NCBI GenBank assembly: GCA_964606645.1
Contig: CAZSIZ010000003.1
Coordinates: forward strand, 1-53,553
From: an uncultured bacterium
GTDB taxonomy: Bacteria; Hinthialibacterota; Hinthialibacteria; Hinthialibacterales; Hinthialibacteraceae
DNA length: 53,553 bases
Direction of reading: 5' to 3'
In this document: positions 51,314-53,553 of the stretch, piece by piece
How positions within the stretch are numbered: position 1 is the first letter of the stretch
How the letters are laid out: every line of letters starts with the position of its first letter
Made by a program: the position numbers and the translations under genes
Notes under the pieces: generated by a model
The model's database searches: none
The model's input: only the letters and a program-made list of their open reading frames with translations
Told to the model about the DNA's origin: nothing

Positions 51314-52750
51314 ATGAGCGCAGACAAACAGAAACTATCACGCCGTTCGACCATCAAAGGGATTGGAACCGCCGGGGCCGCCGCGATGCTGGGAGCCGCC
51401 GCCGGACCACTCGCGCCGGGGAAGGCCGAAGCGGGAACAGGCGGCGCTCACAATCCCATCACCCAACTCGTCAATGAAACTCCGATCGTCGATACACACG
51501 AGCATCTGATCGAAGAAGAAGACCGGCTGAGCGGAAACAGTAACCGCATTAAAGCAAACGACTGGTCGATGCTGTTGTCCCACTATATCGACTCGGACTT
51601 AAAAACGTCGGGGATGCCGAACGAAGCGTTCGATGCGTTCATGTCTCCCAAGACCGATCCCATCAAAAAGTGGGATATTCTCGAACCGTATTGGGGCGCG
51701 GTGCGAAACACGGGTTACGGGCAGGTGGTCGAAATCGCCATGCGCGAGCTATACGGAATCGACCGGCTGTCAGCCTCGACGGTACGCGCGGTTCAGGACG
51801 GTTATCTCAAAACCATTCGCCCCGGATTCTATAAAACCGTTCTTCAGGATCGGGGTGGGATCGAATCGTGCCAGGTCAATTTTCTGGGCGCACCTTTCGG
51901 TGAATCCAAGCAACCCACCTTGCTCATGCAGGACATCAGTATCCTCGGGATGCACATGGGGCCGAACATCGGGGCCTACGCGCCCAAAGCCGGGATCGAG
52001 GTGAAGGATCTGCAAGACTGGCACCGGGTAATCGACTGGTGGTTCGAACACTACGGGCGTTATGCGGTGGCGGTCAAAACCCAGGCGGCCTATTCACGCA
52101 ACATCGATTTCGATGACGTGCCCGCCGAAAAAGCCGAACGCCCCTTCAAACGTAAAATCGACGGTCAATCCCTCAGCGGCGAAGACCGGAAATTGCTCGA
52201 AGACCATCTCTTCTGGTACGCCGCGCGCAAAGCCACAGAGCATCACCTGCCCGTCAAAATGCACACCGGCTACTACGCCGGGCAGAACAGCATGCCCCTC
52301 GACCGGCTTCAGAAGAATGCCGGTGCAGTGACGGACCTCTGCCGAATCGCTCCCGAAACGAAATTCGTCTTCATGCACATCAACTATCCGTTCTACGAAG
52401 CGCTGATCTCCGCCGCCAAGCAATGGACAAACTGTCACATCGATATGTGCTGGGCCTGGATTGTGAATCCGGTGGCCAGTGTCGATTTTCTGAAAAAATA
52501 TCTGGTGACCGCGCCCGCGAATAAAGTGCTGACATTCGGTGGCGATTACATTCCGGTCGAGCCGGTTCTGGGACACGTTCGACTCGCGCGCCGGGGGATC
52601 GCCATTGCGTTGACGCAACTCGTCGAGGAAGGCTGGCTCGATCTCGATTCCGCTTTGGAACTCGTCGAACCCATCATGCGGGGAAACGCGCGACAACTCT
52701 TCGACCTGGAGAAAAAGACCACCCTCCTGGAAAAAGCACCTTGGTTATAG
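51314..52750 (+). CDS. Tat-exported amidohydrolase-superfamily protein
   Basis: Twin-arginine SRRSTIKG...AEA; DTHEH, MHTG, MH, FGGD metal ligands. Confidence 0.88.
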   Translation: MSADKQKLSRRSTIKGIGTAGAAAMLGAAAGPLAPGKAEAGTGGAHNPITQLVNETPIVDTHEHLIEEEDRLSGNSNRIKANDWSMLLSHYIDSDLKTSGMPNEAFDAFMSPKTDPIKKWDILEPYWGAVRNTGYGQVVEIAMRELYGIDRLSASTVRAVQDGYLKTIRPGFYKTVLQDRGGIESCQVNFLGAPFGESKQPTLLMQDISILGMHMGPNIGAYAPKAGIEVKDLQDWHRVIDWWFEHYGRYAVAVKTQAAYSRNIDFDDVPAEKAERPFKRKIDGQSLSGEDRKLLEDHLFWYAARKATEHHLPVKMHTGYYAGQNSMPLDRLQKNAGAVTDLCRIAPETKFVFMHINYPFYEALISAAKQWTNCHIDMCWAWIVNPVASVDFLKKYLVTAPANKVLTFGGDYIPVEPVLGHVRLARRGIAIALTQLVEEGWLDLDSALELVEPIMRGNARQLFDLEKKTTLLEKAPWL

Positions 52751-52810
52751 GTCTCCCCCAAGATGGGAAAAATTTAAGAGGGGATTGTAAACGATCATCG
52801 AGACAGTTTC

Positions 52811-52878
52811 GTAGGGGCACTCTGCCTCACCGATTCAATTACCAATGATGGAACGATAAGGCGTGACATCACCCTACG
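52811..52878. repeat. Degenerate inverted GTAG REP pair between convergent genes
   Basis: CGTAGGGG... and ...CACCCTACG, the latter overlapping the higA stop. Confidence 0.45.
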
Positions 52879-53191
52879 GCTCCACATGCGATGGATTCTG
52901 TGTCCCGATCCAGGGCTTGATCTTCTTTAATTCAGAACCGAGTTTGCGCTCGGCAATCTCTGAATCGCGCGCCGCTTGCGCTCGTAACCAATACCCATTG
53001 GATAACCCGAAAAAGCGGCATAAACGTAAATCCGTATCCGCCGTGACCGCTCTTTGTCCCGCAACAATTTCACTGATACGCTGGGCGGGAACGTTAATCT
53101 CCTTGGCCAAGCGGTATTGACTTATTCCCATGGGTTTCAGAAATTCTTCCAATAGAATTTCGCCGGGAGTAACAGGGTTTAGTTTTTTCAC
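52874..53191 (-). CDS. higA: HigA antitoxin (HTH)
   Basis: P.TPGEIL.EEFL.P.GISQY.LAK...RISEI..G.R..TADT..RL..FFG....W. Confidence 0.93.
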   Translation of the reverse strand: MKKLNPVTPGEILLEEFLKPMGISQYRLAKEINVPAQRISEIVAGQRAVTADTDLRLCRFFGLSNGYWLRAQAARDSEIAERKLGSELKKIKPWIGTQNPSHVEP

Positions 53192-53203
53192 AATCGGTTC
53201 ACC

Positions 53204-53482
53204 TTAATGGTAATCAACGATTTCAACGTTTTCCGCTCCCGCATCCGTCCACCGAAAACAAATCCGCCATCGATCGTTGATACGGATACTGTATTGCCCG
53301 ACACGATCGCCTTTAAGCCGTTCGAGACGATTTCCTGGCGGAACGGTGAGATCGTTCAAACAACCGGCAATTTCAATCTGCCGTAATTTACGCCGGGCCA
53401 CGGTCGCGATGTTCGCGAATCGTTTTACGCGAATGCCTTTAGACAACGCTTTCGTATCAGCGCACTGAAACGATAATATCAT
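53204..53482 (-). CDS. higB: HigB/RelE-type toxin
   Basis: MILSF...T, A.RKL, DL..PPGNRLE.LKGDR.GQYSIRINDRWRICF.W, VEIVDYH; toxin upstream of antitoxin. Confidence 0.93.
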   Translation of the reverse strand: MILSFQCADTKALSKGIRVKRFANIATVARRKLRQIEIAGCLNDLTVPPGNRLERLKGDRVGQYSIRINDRWRICFRWTDAGAENVEIVDYH

Positions 53483-53501
53483 CCATGAATAATAACGCAA
53501 G

Positions 53502-53553
53502 TATAATGTACCCCAAAATTCGGACAGTGATTTAAGGTGGGAAACCTCGAAGC
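53502..53553 (+). mobile_element. IS end (probable IS3/IS150-type), inverted copy of 1-52
   Basis: 52/52 identity to the reverse complement of 1-52; similarity ends abruptly at 53501 and 53. Confidence 0.65.

Noticed and set aside
1-53553. Linear plasmid/phage with terminal inverted repeats
   Set aside because: No replication, terminal-protein or virion genes; content is chromosomal and the repeat resembles an IS end

Overview
Bacterial chromosomal contig of 53.5 kb. Its first and last 52 bp are a perfect inverted repeat that looks like the same end of two oppositely oriented IS3-family elements. Content: many secreted carbohydrate-related proteins (ThuA-like, FG-GAP, LamG, tandem CBM9-like, heparinase II/III, Gfo/Idh/MocA, Tat amidohydrolase), SSS and MFS transporters, two orphan histidine kinases, an unusual GntR / E1alpha-E1beta / transaldolase / xylose-isomerase-like cluster with a convergent E2, an 8-gene MoxR-DUF58-vWA-DUF4159 operon, RloAB, HigBA and several REP/heptamer repeats. 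Top candidates for novelty: (1) four unrelated signal-peptide proteins all end in T-x-[IV]-x-x-W-x-x-[YH]-stop, suggesting a short C-terminal sorting/secretion signal; (2) a gene with a consensus sigma28 promoter encodes a signal-peptide-less protein with an FrpC-type Asp-Pro self-processing module; (3) a probable uncharacterised ketose-cleaving sugar pathway. The gene repertoire suggests a PVC-like or candidate-phylum heterotroph (e.g. Hinthialibacterota/Sumerlaeota-like); this is inference only. No rRNA, tRNA or CRISPR array was seen. All family calls come from motif recognition, not database searches.
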